From positions 15,686,001 to 15,750,000 of the forward strand of contig OZ076413.1 of NCBI GenBank assembly GCA_964187785.1: DNA of 64,000 nucleotides, in the 5' to 3' direction. A program made the position numbers and the translations under genes. Origin of the DNA: Amphiscolops sp. MND2022. Its lineage: Eukaryota. This document shows, in pieces, positions 12,032 through 25,603 of the stretch. The notes beneath the pieces were generated by a model that was given only the letters and a program-made list of their open reading frames with translations, did no database searches and had not been told where the DNA came from. Position 1 is the stretch's first letter. The number at the start of each line of letters is the position of its first letter.

Positions 12032-12471
12032 CATGGCCAGGAACCGCAAAAACAGTTATTTTGAACCTCGCTATAGTTAACTAAATAGTTAATTTTGAAT
12101 GTAAAAAGAGTTAAATAAATAGTTAAACTAAGTCAAAACAGTTAATCATTTCAATATCAAAAAAGCAGGTTTTTCAAACTTTTACAGGTAAAATTGCATG
12201 AATTGGGCTCTTTAGCTTTCATTGTACTAAACAGTCTCTCAATTTCCCAACTAGTTGTTGGTGCATAAGGCATATTTTCACTGTTTTCGCGAAGAAAGTC
12301 CAATTTTTCATTTTTCCGCAAAACTTCGTGAAATTTGTCTTCTGTGCCAAAAACAGCTTTTTAATGTCATCAAAATGTTGAAATAATTCAAGTAGTTATT
12401 TTTAGACAATCAGAGAATAGTTAAAATAGTTATTCGTAGTTAAGTAACTATTTTTGCGGTTACTGGTCATG
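12032..12471 (-). mobile_element. hAT-type MITE / deletion derivative with ~27-bp TIRs (second copy 26375-26810)
   Basis: TIRs CATG(A/G)CCAG(G/T)AACCGCAAAAA(T/C)AGTTA; ATAGTTAA subterminal repeats. Internal minus-strand remnant YAPTTSWEIERLFS resembles the hAT C-terminal dimerisation motif. No TSD seen. Confidence 0.7.
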
Positions 12472-12559
12472 ACGTACACGCATTTGATTCGCTCATATAG
12501 GCAAATCGTATTTACGCATATCACATATAAAATGCTGCATATGCTTGTTGTTTCTTTGA

Positions 12560-13180
12560 CGGTATTTCACGAAAAAAAACTCAGTGGTGCTGCTTTTGTC
12601 AAAACCCTGGAAGTTTCGGAAAAGGTATAGGATTTCTTTGAGGAAGAACTTGATTGCTTGCCAGTTATGTCCCCAGCGTTTCGATTACTCTGCAGACAGT
12701 GTTACTTTTTGTATTAAAAAACATGTTCTGAGCAAGAAACACAACAAAAACTGGCCTTCGGGGCAAAAAAAGAAAGGAAGTTCTTTCATACAGACTTACT
12801 ACAAGCATTCATCGCAGCAAATATCCCGCTAAACAAACTTGAGAACAAAGTGTTTTCATTGTTCCTTGAAGTGTACACCGGGAAAAAACTTCCAGATGAA
12901 TCCACTTTTCGGAAATACTACCCGGGCGAGGAAAATTCCGCTGCTTTACAATCATTTACTACAAAACTCAATTTGATTTTGTATCATCCACTTTCCGTGT
13001 TGTTCATCATACAAATGAGCAGTTGCAAGCGCGAGTTAATATTATCCAGACATTCGGCATATTGCAAGTTTTGATTGAAGAAATTAATTTTTTTCTGGTA
13101 AACTGAAAATCCTACTTGATAAAAACCCAGATTTTGCAATTTTACAACAATTTGAAGATCTTCTGAGATTTGACTTGCTA
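12560..13180 (+). pseudogene. hAT/CGGBP1-like transposase fragment, internally deleted (copies ~15740-16355, ~26895-27520)
   Basis: CQLC...IKKHVLSKKH zinc finger; FYTDLLQAFIAANIPLNKLENKVFSLFLEVYTGKKLPDESTFRKYY; later KILLDKNPDFAILQ. Confidence 0.65.
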
Positions 13181-13184
13181 TAGT

Positions 13185-15030
13185 ATCTACTTCCAAACTC
13201 CAACCTTACAGAAACTTGCCAAACCAACCACCATGGCTATTGAACAACAGAACATCATTTTACAACAACTACGCCTTAAACTCCAGAAAGAAGAGTTATC
13301 AGAAACTATCTTACAGCAAGATCCACGTTACCGACATTACTGCAGTCGACTTGACCGTCTGTCTGTCCAAGATGATATCATCATCAGAGACTACTACGAT
13401 GAAACAGGCAGCATTCAATACCGCCAAGCACCGCTTCTGAAACATCTTGTGACCGAATTACTTCAATCGCTACATGGAACCGAGAATAAACACCCGGGAA
13501 TTTCCAAAAGGCTTCATGAGATACGTCAAAAATATTACTATCCAGGACTTGGAAAGATGGTCAAAAAATGGGTACAAGGCTGTGAAATCTGCATAAAGGA
13601 CAAAAGGATCGAAAATACACTAATAACGCCCGAATCTTTCAATTTACCGGAATGGGATCTCGGTCCAGAGGACGCTTTACAATTTTGATCTTTTGCCCAA
13701 TCCACCACCCAGTGGAGGATACGAAAATACCATAACGGCCAGACGCTTTTTCAAGATACCTTTTTGCCTATCCTGTAACAGATGCTTCGGCTACTAGTAC
13801 AGCAAAAATACTTATCGATATCATGACCAGGCACACATACTTACCAACTACGCTAATTACTGACAAAAGAACAGCATTTACGTCTCGATTAGTTGACAAA
13901 ATTGCGACAATTTTGGGCGTTCAGATAAAGTGTGCAACGACGAAGCATCCTTAGACGATAGGTAAATTCGAAAAAAACGCATGCCAGTCTTAATTGAAAC
14001 TCTAAAATGGCATCAGGCGAATACAGCCGCCCGTGACAAAAATATCTTCCATTAGCCGTACTAATTTATAAAACAATTGTCATTCAAGCCCAGGATGTGA
14101 ACTTTCCAGAATATTTCACGGAAGGGTACCCTACAATAACCTGGACAATCGGTTCGGATTAAATCCTGACCTGAAAATTTTACCTACGACAAACTTTGTG
14201 GAAGAATTTCGAAAACCTGCACAAACACTTATTGACAAAACGAAGAAAAACATCATGCAATCGTACTTTAAGTACAAAGGATACTATGATAGGAAGCCTA
14301 TAGCAGCCCCGTTAGAAAAAGGAAATTACTGTTTCGTTTTACAAACGTTAGGTGATCATCAAGGCTTTAAAATTTCGTTTCGAGAATTTCGATGGATAGG
14401 ATCTTATGTCATCAAAAAGATCCTTCCCAATGAAAATTATATAGTCCGGAGACCTATTTCCAATAAAACACAGATTTTACAACGCATACGCACCCGAAAA
14501 TATAATCCAAACACTACTTTACAAGACATTCGTCATAAGGGAAAATTACAAGCGAAGTGGATGATGAAATTATTATACAACAAAACGACTTATATATTGT
14601 TTCATGGGAGACAGATTTTGAAGATTTCCCTACAAATTCCGACTCAAAAACACTTCTGACGACTATTTTGCTGATTCTGATCAACAAGACGCTATAATTA
14701 CAGATTTGGACCTTCGGTCCACGCGAAGGCATGTATATACTAATGCCGCTGATACTGAGCTGCTCGCACGTGAAATGAATGACGATGACCTTCAGTCCGC
14801 TCGACGGCAACACAATACTGATTCAGAAAATGATGAAGATGAAATGCTTCGCAGAGCAACCCCATTAAAAAAAATTCGAATTTTCAATGTTTGCTGGTAA
14901 TGATACGCTCGTGCCCGACGTATTGAATAAAAAAGATGATGATTCCGGTGGAGAAAAAAAGTCCCAGGGGAAGAAAATACAATTTACGTCCCAACCCTAC
15001 TCCTAACTTTACTGATGAAAACAGATACTA
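13185..15030 (+). pseudogene. Ty3/Gypsy integrase and pol 3' end, decayed (copies ~16361-18205, ~27525-29305)
   Basis: HGTENKHPGISK...YYYPGLGKMVKKWVQGCEIC (H2C2), ITDKRTAF, FRWIGSYVI, and the KYNLRPNPTPNFT-type terminus in shifted frames. Confidence 0.85.
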
Positions 15031-18000
15031 GTCAGAATAAATAAATTATCTGGCCAATTGTTCCTTTCTGTTATTCCAATCATTTTAAGGGCTCAGACTG
15101 ACTTTATGTTTTCTCAACCAAACTGAAGACTAGTGCCAAATGACACGCAATTACGACTAAAGAGAAATATAAAAAACATCGCCAAATTTAACACTCATGC
15201 AACATACGAACCAACAGTTAAATGCAATTGTACATATAGTACAATAACGGTTGGCCTTTATCAGTAAGAGGAATGTTTGAGCTCATTGGCAACTCACTAT
15301 CAGATTGGCGTTTAATGGGCGAATCTTTGGAACTAGAAGGACTCAAGGCAGACGTTTTGATGCACTGCTACTCTTCAAATTCTTAAATCTCCATTTCAGG
15401 GACTCTGCTCTACGCTTGACAGGAATTGGCATTAGAGTGGCAAGGATTCTGGATTGATCAAAAGGATCTAAGCCGTCTCATGGACTGAAGGTATCAGAGA
15501 AAGCTGAATTACCAAATGTGGGCTCAAACACCAAGAAGTCAGAATTTGAGGAAGTTGAAGTGAGGGCATCGAAACTGTGACTTACGTTTATAAGGAATGA
15601 CTGGACTTTAGGGATGGTGTCCATTAATTTACTTTTGGAATCGTCAGTACGTACACGAATTTGATTCGCTCATATAGGCAAATCGTATTTACGCATATCA
15701 CATATAATATGCTGCATATGCTTGTTGTTTCTTTGACGGTATTTCACGAAAAAAACTCAGTGGTGCTGCTTTTGTCAAAACCTTGGAAGGTTCGGAAAAG
15801 GTATAGGATTTCTTTGAGGAAGAACTTGATTGCTTGCCAGTTATGTCCCCAGCGTTTCGATTACTCTACAGACAGTGTTACTTTTTGTATTAAAAAACAT
15901 GTTCTGAGCAAGAAACACAACAAAAACTGGCCTTCGGGGCAAAAAAAGAAAGGAACTTTTTTCATACAGACTTACTACAAGCATTCATCGCAGCAAATAT
16001 CCCGCTAAACAAACATGAGAACAAAGTGTTTTCGTTGTTCCTTGAAGTGTACACCGGGAAAAAACTTCCAGATGAATCCACTTTTCGGAAATACTACCCG
16101 GGCGAGGAAAATTCCGCTGCTTTACAATCATTTACTACAAAACTCAATTTGATTTTGTATCATCCACTTTCCGTGTTGTTCATCATACAAATGAGCAGTT
16201 GCAAGCGCGAGTTAATATTATCCAGACATTCGGCATATTGCAAGTTTTGATTGAAGAAATTAATTTTTTTCTGGTAAACTGAAAATCCTACTTGATAAAA
16301 ACCCAGATTTTGCAATTTTACAACAATTTGAAGATCTTCTGAGATATGACTTGCTATAGTATCTACTTCCAAACTCCAACCTTACAGAAACTTGCCAAAC
16401 CAACCACCATGGCTATTGAACAACAGAACATCATTTTACAACAACTACGCCTTAAACTCCAGAAAGAAGAGTTATCAGAAACTATCTTACAGCAAGATCC
16501 ACGTTACCGACATTACTGCAGTCGACTTGACCGTCTGTCTGTCCAAGATGATATCATCATCAGAGACTACTACGATGAAACAGGCAGCATTCAATACCGC
16601 CAAGCACTGCTTCTGAAACATCTTGTGACCGAATTACTTCAATCGCTACATGGAACCGAGAATAAACACCCGGGAATTTCCAAAAGGCTTCATGAGATAC
16701 GTCAAAAATATTACTATCCAGGACTTGGAAAGATGGTCAAAAAATGGGTACAAGGCTGTGAAATCTGCATAAAGGACAAAAGGATCGAAAATACACTAAT
16801 AACGCCCGAATCTTTCAATTTACCGGAATGGGATCTCGGTCCAGAGGACGCTTTACAATTTTGATCTTTTGCCCAATCCACCACCCAGTGGAGGATACGA
16901 AAATATCATAACGGCCAGACGCTTTTTCAAGATACCTTTTTGCCTATCCTGTAACAGATGCTTCGGCTACTAGTACAGCAAAAATACTTATCGATATCAT
17001 GACCAGGCACACATACTTACCAACTACGCTAATTACTGACAAAAGAACAGCATTTACGTCTCGATTAGTTGACAAAATTGCGACAATTTTGGGCGTTCAG
17101 ATAAATTGTGCAACGACGAAGCATCCTCAGACGATAGGTAAATTCGAAAAAAACGCATGCCAGTCTTAATTGAAACTCTAAAATGGCATCAGGCGAATAC
17201 AGCCGCCCGTGACAAAAATATCTTCCCTTAGCCGTACTCATTTATAAAACAATTATCATTCAAGCCCACGATGTGAACGTTCCAGAATATTTCACGGAAG
17301 GGTACCCTACAATATCCTGGACACTCGGTTCGGATTAAATCCTGACCTGAAAATTTTACCTACGACAAACTTTGTGGAAGAATTTCAAAAACGTGCACAA
17401 ACACTTATTGACAAAACGAAGAAAAACATCATGCAATCGTACTTTAAGTACAAAGAATACTATGATAGGAAGCCTATAGCAGCCCCGTTAGAAAAAGGAA
17501 ATTACTGTTTCGTTTTACAAACGTTAGGTGATCATCAAGGCTCTAAAATTTCGTTTCGAGAATTTCGATGGATAGGATCTTATGTCATCAAAAAGATCCT
17601 TCCCAATGAAAATTATATAGTCCGGAGACCTATTTCCAATAAAACACAGATTTTACAACGCATACGCACCCGAAAATATAATCCAAACACTACTTTACAA
17701 GACATTCGTCATAAGGGAAAATTACAAGCGAAGTGGATGATGAAATTATTATACAACAAAACGACTTTTATATTGTTTCATGGGAGACAGATTCTGAAGA
17801 TTTCCCTACAAATTCCGACTCAAAAACACTTCCGACGACTATTTTGCTGATTCTGATCAACAAGACGCTATAATTACAGATTTGGACCTTCGGTCCACGC
17901 GAAGGCATGTATATACTAATGCCGCTGATACTGAGCTGCTCGCACGTGAAATGAATGACGATGACCTTCAGTCCGCTCGACGGCAACACAATACTGATTC

Positions 18001-18469
18001 AGAAAATGATGAAGATGAAATGCTTCGCAGAGCAACCCCATTAAAAAATTCGAATTTTCAATGTTTGCTGGTAATGATACGCTCGTGCCCGACGTATTGA
18101 ATAAAAAAGATGATGATTCCGGTGGAGAAAAAAAGTCCCAGGGGAAGAAAATACAATTTACGTCCCAACCCTACTCCTAACTTCACTGATGAAAACAGAT
18201 ACTAGTCAGAATAAATAAATTATCTGGCCAATTGTTCCTTTCTGTTATTCCAATCATTTTAAGGGCTCAGACTGACTTTATGTTTTCTCAACCAAACTGA
18301 AGACTAGTGCCAAATGACACGCAATTACGACTAAAGAGAAATATAAAAAACATCGCCAAATTTAACACTCATGCAACATACGAACCAACAGTTAAATACA
18401 ATTGTACATATAGTACAATAACGGTTGGCCTTTATCAGTAAGAGGAATGTTTGAGCTCATTGGCAACTC

Positions 18470-21400
18470 ACTATCAGATTGGCGTTTAATGGGCGAATCT
18501 TTGGAACTAGAAGGACTCAAGGCAGACGTTTTGATGCACTGCTACTCTTCAAATTCTTAAATCTCCATTTCAGGGACTCTGCTCTACGCTTGACAGGAAT
18601 TGGCATTAGAGTGGCAAGGATTCTGGATTGATCAAAAGGATCTAAGCCGTCTCATGGACTGAAGGTATCAGAGAAAGCTGAATTACCAAATGTGGGCTCA
18701 AACGCCAAGAAGTCAGAATTTGAGGAAGTTGAAGCGAGGGCATCGAAACTGTGACTTACGTTTATAAGGAATGACTGGACTTTAAGGATGGTGTCCATTA
18801 ATTTACTTTTGGAATCGTCAGTACGGACAGGGCCAAATGTCACAACAGGCATCCCAGTGTAGCTTTCGTCCAAACACAAGCAACTTGAACGGAAAATTCG
18901 GGCCAGATGTGGACGGGATCATAAGGCATCATGTCTCGAGATGAAAGATATAGCATGTGTAATGATTATTCGCGGCTGGTCTCACTCTGGCATTTCTTTT
19001 TTTAACTCATCAGGGAAAGATTAGTACTCTTTAGTACAGATTGACTCGTCGTCATGTTGGAAATAATTGCAGAGCTGGAAACTGCCGAAGAGTTGCTTGA
19101 AGCAGTAAAGAGCCTGGCTTAGTGGAGCACAAATCATAATATTGAGATCAAAAGAGCCCAATCCTTTTACAATGTCTGAAGTCAACTCTAAATTACTTTG
19201 GGCCGCATGAAACAAGTAGGCAACGTAACTTCGGCCTAGGCGTTTAAATGCCTGTTTGCTCTCTTTCACAAGCTTAGGTAGACTGGGTATTTTACCATGC
19301 TTGTCGCTCACTCTTTTTCTGCCTTGATCTTGAAAGCGGTATTAAAACTCTGATCAAGTTTTGACCGCGCAATAAAATCAGGTATGACAAGGTCTCTAGC
19401 GATCAGACACGACAATGTTAAGAATTCCGGACAAGTCTGACTCTTGTGGGAGACTTTTGGGATTGATGCATCGCCTTCAGAGCTTGAACAAGTATTGACA
19501 TACCTGTCGATAGATATGGAACCCATGGACCTGCCTCTCTACCAAGTGTGGCACCAAACTTTTGGTATCTAAACAAGTCAACTTTATACTTTCGCAAAAA
19601 GAAAAATACATTTACATAAAAAGAATAACCAAAAAGACACATAAAGTCCCTGACTAGGCCATAAAAAGCTCAAGACGGCCCAGAAACATATCATCGTTGA
19701 GTACGACGGACTAGAATTTAAAAACCATCCGAGCTGGACCTTAGGTCATCGTGACGGCAAAAGCTTACTTGATTCTTCACTCCCATCATTTCGTGTGGAG
19801 GTGCATGAGTGTTCAAATAGTCGGTCACTTTAGTGTAGTTGACAAGCAGTTCCTGACAAAAGGTGGGGAGAGTAGCCAACTCAATTTGGCATGTTCGTAC
19901 GGCCCAAAATAACAGGAGCTTTTAGCCTCCACCCACTAAATGAAACAGGGGAAAGAAAAATGAAATCCAAGCTTTGCTAGCACAGAGGTCAAAAGGGTCC
20001 AGTCACAGTAAAATTTACCGCCCAGGAAGATAATCAGGTACTGAAGCACGGAGTGAAAGTCTATTCGCCCGAAGGCGCTATATCTCTGTTAATGCATCAG
20101 CCTGGCTATAGGGAAGTCGTCAAAACTGAGCGGTCGTTGTAGGCCATGCTTGCTGTATGGGGAGCTGTCAACTAAATGAATGGTCTCTAAGGTGCTCCCA
20201 GTGCAGCTGACTATTTTGGGACGCGTGGAAAAGGCAGCCATAACGAAACTGATGAGGCATAGTTTAGAAGACACAGCCAGTTCTTTCTGAGAGAACTCTG
20301 CATACTTTGTCCTTTCTCAAAAATCGAATGAAGACCAATAGGAAGACTCCCTATCTGACGAACTCTAGGGATTATTCGTCGGACGCAACCACAAAAGTAC
20401 CAATGTCGTGGACAGTCTGGAGGAACATGTGATGAAAGCGAGCCTACAAAAACAACATAGTGATTGAATACTGACAAAGCATAAAAGTCACGCAACCTAA
20501 GTGGAATTAAGGTCAACACGACGAGAGAAATTTACTTACAGATAATTTCTCTAGTCCAAATCTGTCAACAAAGTCTGATGATTAACGCCTACACCAATAT
20601 CTCGCCAGAACTTCCTCAGAGCACTGATATCTCCATAAGTGGGAAGATAGTTGCCAAGCACGGGGACCTGAATTTTCACCCTGTTCTCAGACGATGAAGC
20701 CATGTAATCTGTGCCTTGCATAAACTCCTCATAATTGTAACTCCTCATTGTAACTTCTCGCCAATGTCTACCAGTTGAACTTCAATGAGTTTTGGGAGCT
20801 GAAGCTGAAGCCTTCCGTCCTTCCCTCTGACATGGCGTTTCACCACTTTAGTTGTTGGATCCTCTGTAGACAAATGCTCGTACTGCCACCTCTGATCTTT
20901 TCTGAGATGACGTTCTGATTGTGATGACGCAGGATCTCGCGGGCTCTTCTTCCATAGATGTATATATTGCCTTTGCAAATTTGGCAATAGAACTTGTACG
21001 GGTTCCAACGAGGGTTTAAGTGGGCCGGATACAAATGATTTTGTCCAATCTGTACCCTTAAAGTACGTCTCCCTCATAATCGTGCACGCGCGAGGAACCC
21101 TGTGTTTGCTCCCGCCATTGCTCTAAGAAAATCCCTTGCGTTGCTTTCTGCGAGGATTGGATCTTGTTTCCTCAGCAACCGCCTACATTTTGAAGCCAGT
21201 TAAGGTCTGGGAGGCAGGACTGTCTAATTGAGCATGGCTTCCAACTGACGTAGGGTCAACTCGATACATCCGGGAGTATCGATAGGAGGAGGAGTAAAAA
21301 GTTGACTTTCAAGATCCGAATGTTCGTAAACATAACCAATACTAGCAAAATTGTCATCGCTTCTCAAGGCTCCACTGGTGTCGGTAGCATCTCTTAGGTC

Positions 21401-22685
21401 AAACCCTCACTATGATCCAGCATCACTTGTACGGAGCACTGACTATTTAGGCTTAGCACTGCCGACTGGAACGGTGTACTGCGTCCTGAGACTCAATCGT
21501 CTTGCCTGTTGAATCAAGCTCTCCATCGACAGAAGGGAAGAACTCACAGCCTCATCTGCTATCACCTTCAACATGTGACTACACTGTTCCTCGTTTAAAG
21601 CAATCGTCGAATGGCCAGGGGATAGCCTTACAGGAGTGTCGTCTTCGGAATTCTCTTTTATGAGAGCTCGGCTATTTCCTGATAGTTGGGTGGTGCGAGC
21701 CGGTGCGTCCGGGGAATCGTCAGAAAAGACACTGGCAGTAACACTAACCCTGAAATGACTCGTCTGCACAAGCGCATAAAATGCATCGGCAACAGTTGAA
21801 CCAGCGAAGCCAGCAGATTCATGACCAGTGTCACCTGCAGGTTTACTAGACGACCCCTTGTTTACAGCATCTTCCGGTCCGGATACTCCAAATTCATCTG
21901 CAGAAGCTGAACAACCTTTTGAGTTTGATGGACCTTCAGTCACGTAGTCGGGAACAGAGAGTATTTTTCTTATGTTACCTATCTTGGCACAGAGTTTCTG
22001 GATTTGAGCTTCCGGAGGCCTATGTGTGGATTTGAGGTTACTCTTTGTCGGGAGCGTAGGAGGATCTAAGAATGCAACCCCGGGCACAGAGTAAGAATCC
22101 ATATCATCATTACTGGGCTGATCTTGACTGGCTGCAAGTTCCAATGCAGAGCTTACGCTAGCCTTCTCCTTTCTGTTGTCACCTTGACTACTGATACAGG
22201 CTTCCTGGGTGACACCTAACTGTTCCCACATTCGGGCAATATACGCGCCACAGCTTTCATCAGTGCTACTGCTTTCCACATTGCGGACACCAGGTATGGG
22301 TGGGGGCCCTAGCAATTCGTTCAGCGAGATTAACAGAAGGTTCTTTCGGCCATTGGTAATAATTAACTTGGGGCACAGTATCAGCAACTCTTTTCTCAAG
22401 CCTGTGGGATGATACGTTTTACTCCTCGGAACTCATTACTCATTGAGGCAGCACAAATCATAGCTATATCTCAGCTCTGTTTGACGCCATGTTAACTTCG
22501 TCATACACATCTGCATTATCCTCACCAAGAGGGGAATTCTCGACATTGGATGAAACCATAACGAAAGAATCGCTCGCTTCCATTCGCTCTTTTTCATCAT
22601 TCAATTGGAGTGGTTGCCCGTTGGTCTCATTACCTAAACGGAATGATATAAATAGGCGCGGTTCACTTCCTGAATATGAATCCAT
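18470..22685 (-). pseudogene. Fragmented long antisense ORF of unclassified repeat with BED-like C2H2 finger (copies ~29560-33802; 3' end also ~15290-15650)
   Basis: Chain of minus-strand ORF pieces, including the 318-aa 21443-22399. FYCQICKGNI...EILRHH + SERHLRKDQRW across a frameshift at ~20930-21010. Confidence 0.5.
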
Positions 22686-24152
22686 CTAGCCGCTTTTAAA
22701 CAAACTCTTCCGGAAGTTGTTTTACCGCAATGTTCATGCTGAGAGCATACATTTCACGATGAAGGAAGGAACTTATTTGAAGTTAGAGCCCTGATCAAGC
22801 CTACCATTAACAAATTTCAAAAGAACCAACCTGGTGTCGATCCCATGGTTGTTCGGCAGAATTTATGTGAATCGATTGATGTGTGGAATACTGAATGGAT
22901 TTGGGCTGTCTAAATAGTCATGCTTCAAAAATTCTTTTGGCTTAACAACTAGAACGAATAATGACGTAGCCTTCGACTTAGGACACTTGCAAATGGGGGC
23001 GTCAAATGCTGAAAGTATCGTTGACTCAAAGTACAATAGATGCTGTAATTGGAAAGTAACAACAGTGTATTGAAACAAAGCAAAATCAAAGTCAACTCAA
23101 AATTGTGGCTATTGTATAGGAAGCAATGTCGAAAATTCTCATTTCCAACTCAAGGTCAGAGAAACTATTCTGCATACAAAGTAAAACAGGATAGCTCAAG
23201 TGATGCTGCTTGTGAAGACAAATAAAAATTGTAACAGATACTGGTTATCAATAAGCAGAGCGAGTGGACGCAGAGTCACACAGACGGCAATGTTCTACTA
23301 GTTCACAATTGAGTACTGTTCAAACACACCAATTACAATATGGACTGTGAGTCAGCGCGACTGCATGAAATGTATTAACCACTACCTCACCTCTATTTTA
23401 ACTTACAAAACTAAACGACTACATTACTGATGTGCTACCAACTACAGTCATTGATCTCCGCATCAAAGGTGTACAGTTAAAACAAAGTGGACGTCGTGGC
23501 ATGCAAATTTAATTTCCTGACTTATATTTCATGTTTTATCTCACTAGTATTCGAATACTATTTTTCCGTAAAATGGAACCTGCCAGCGAAACACTCTGGT
23601 TATTTAACCAATCTTATCGAACACTAGAACACATATTCATTATAGTCAAACTATACGCTAGGTTAGTTAGAGTATTCGGATACTTCGAAACATGTATGTT
23701 ATTTCATATTTATGAATTCACTGGCCAAATTGGATTACCATTTATTCGGTTTTATCATCTTTTAAATCGGAGTGAGTTGACAGAAATCTGAGAACATTAC
23801 CATTTAAAGTGTCAAGTGATGTCTTTGAAGAAGTTAGTAAAATATCTTCAAGTGGCAATTAAAACTCTAGTTATACGATAAAACTGAAATTGTTAATCTC
23901 AATGAAGTCAGGAAACCTAAATATGGAAACCGAAGGAAAATGTTACGAGAAAATTTTGCGCGGAAAATTCTGGCCTAAACTGAGCGCGGACCTTAGGTCA
24001 AGCAGACAGCATAAAATCATTCATCAGCATACCGAAATGATATAGAGTTTATCACCTGCTAATCGCACAAAATTGCCAAGAAATTATTCCTGACCCGCTA
24101 CACTAAAGGAACGTCTCTACAATTCAACATAGAGAATTCAACAAGACCCTTA

Positions 24153-24930
24153 GTGAGCTTTTCCTACCAATCTTCAGATGAAGATATGGAGATAGATTCC
24201 ATTTACTCAACTCAAGATGAGACAAATTGTGACAGCGATGAAGACGATATTCAAGTTATCGCATGCTATTCAAAAACCAAGGAATTTCCGCCACAGTTGG
24301 TGGCGGGCAGGGGTGTGACAAACGACTTGACTGAATGTTTGATCTACCTCAGTCTACCAGAAACAGAACAGAGTGTACCAGAAAGCTATTTTACAGAGCT
24401 GTAAGAGGAAGTGATAGAGTGGTTCATTAGCAACCCTCGCCCCTCAAAAAATGGACACTCAGCAAGTAATCATCCCATTGCTCAATATGGTTAAATAGAC
24501 CCAGTGTTAGATTCTCCCCTATCGCCGCCCCTGGCAGATCAACAGCCCACTTAAAATTTTGCGGAGGATGCACACCCTACCCATACTGACGATAGTTGGA
24601 CCAACACCCTCATATTACAGGACTGAGAATAAGTGTTAGCAGTCAGGCAAGTGACGTTTACTACACCGGATGTGTTGTTTGTGGAAAATCATTTCCTGCT
24701 ATCGAAGAAGAAATTGCACTCGGATACCTGGAAAGCACGCATATGCCTGGTGAGACATGAGATGAGAATGGCAATGCGCAACACTTTCGAAGCAGGAATG
24801 AAGGCAAGTTCCTTCATTCTAGTAACCGGGGGAATGTCGCAGACTGCCGCCTGCGATGGCCTACTGTACATCAAGTTACCCCGGAAGACGATCTTAACAT
24901 ACCCGGACCGGTAGTCTTACCGATATGAAA
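24153..24930 (+). pseudogene. Fragmented acidic ORF divergent from the Zn-finger ORF (copy ~35338-36118), unknown function
   Basis: SSDEDMEIDS...DSDEDDIQVIACY...LTECLIYLSLPE, continuing in broken frames. Confidence 0.35.
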
Positions 24931-25403
24931 CAAGAGCCTAAAAGATATACAACGCAATAGCAGTTACTCTTGCCTTAATAAACATACAAATAATCATGAT
25001 TGTTTGGCGCTTGATTTAGCTAGAAGGTATAATTATTTCATTACTTTGACCGAAGGTCAGTTCGACGGCAAACTTTTACTTTTGTAAACTAATATGTAGT
25101 AGCCTCGGTGATTTACCTTTTAATCAAGTGTGAACTAATTTACGCATGAAATTATGCGATTGATTGCTTGTTGCAGTTTAGAAATGTAGACTGGAAATTA
25201 ATGAAAACGATTGAATAATGTATCAAACTGGTAAAGGTAAAGGAAACGCGTTCAACAAGTACAGCGATGCAGTCAAGTTGACGCGTTGTCCAAATTACTT
25301 TTGACAAATCAAATTGCGCGCATAGTATAATGGTGCAGTCACGCGGACGTTAAGTCCTAAGAGTTAGTGAAACCCAAATATTACACTCAGATGCATGAAA
25401 TGT

Positions 25404-25603
25404 NNNNNNNNNNNNNNNNNNNNNNNNNNNNNNNNNNNNNNNNNNNNNNNNNNNNNNNNNNNNNNNNNNNNNNNNNNNNNNNNNNNNNNNNNNNNNNNNN
25501 NNNNNNNNNNNNNNNNNNNNNNNNNNNNNNNNNNNNNNNNNNNNNNNNNNNNNNNNNNNNNNNNNNNNNNNNNNNNNNNNNNNNNNNNNNNNNNNNNNNN
25601 NNN
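25404..25603. other. Assembly gap (200 N)
   Basis: Run of exactly 200 N. Confidence 1.

Larger units (their letters stand above)
12473..18825. repeat. Tandem duplication, two ~3,177-bp units (12473-15649, 15650-18825)
   Basis: ORF pairs offset by 3176 nt (12850/16026, 13170/16346, 14198/17374); GTAC microhomology at the junction (~15647-15654). Confidence 0.95.
11261..25403. repeat. Large duplicated block, copy 1 (paired with 25604-36594)
   Basis: The sequence starting TAGTGAATGAAATTATC and ending CAGATGCATGAAATGT is collinear with 25604-36594 at roughly 95% identity (by eye). This copy has an extra 3.18-kb tandem unit. Confidence 0.95.
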
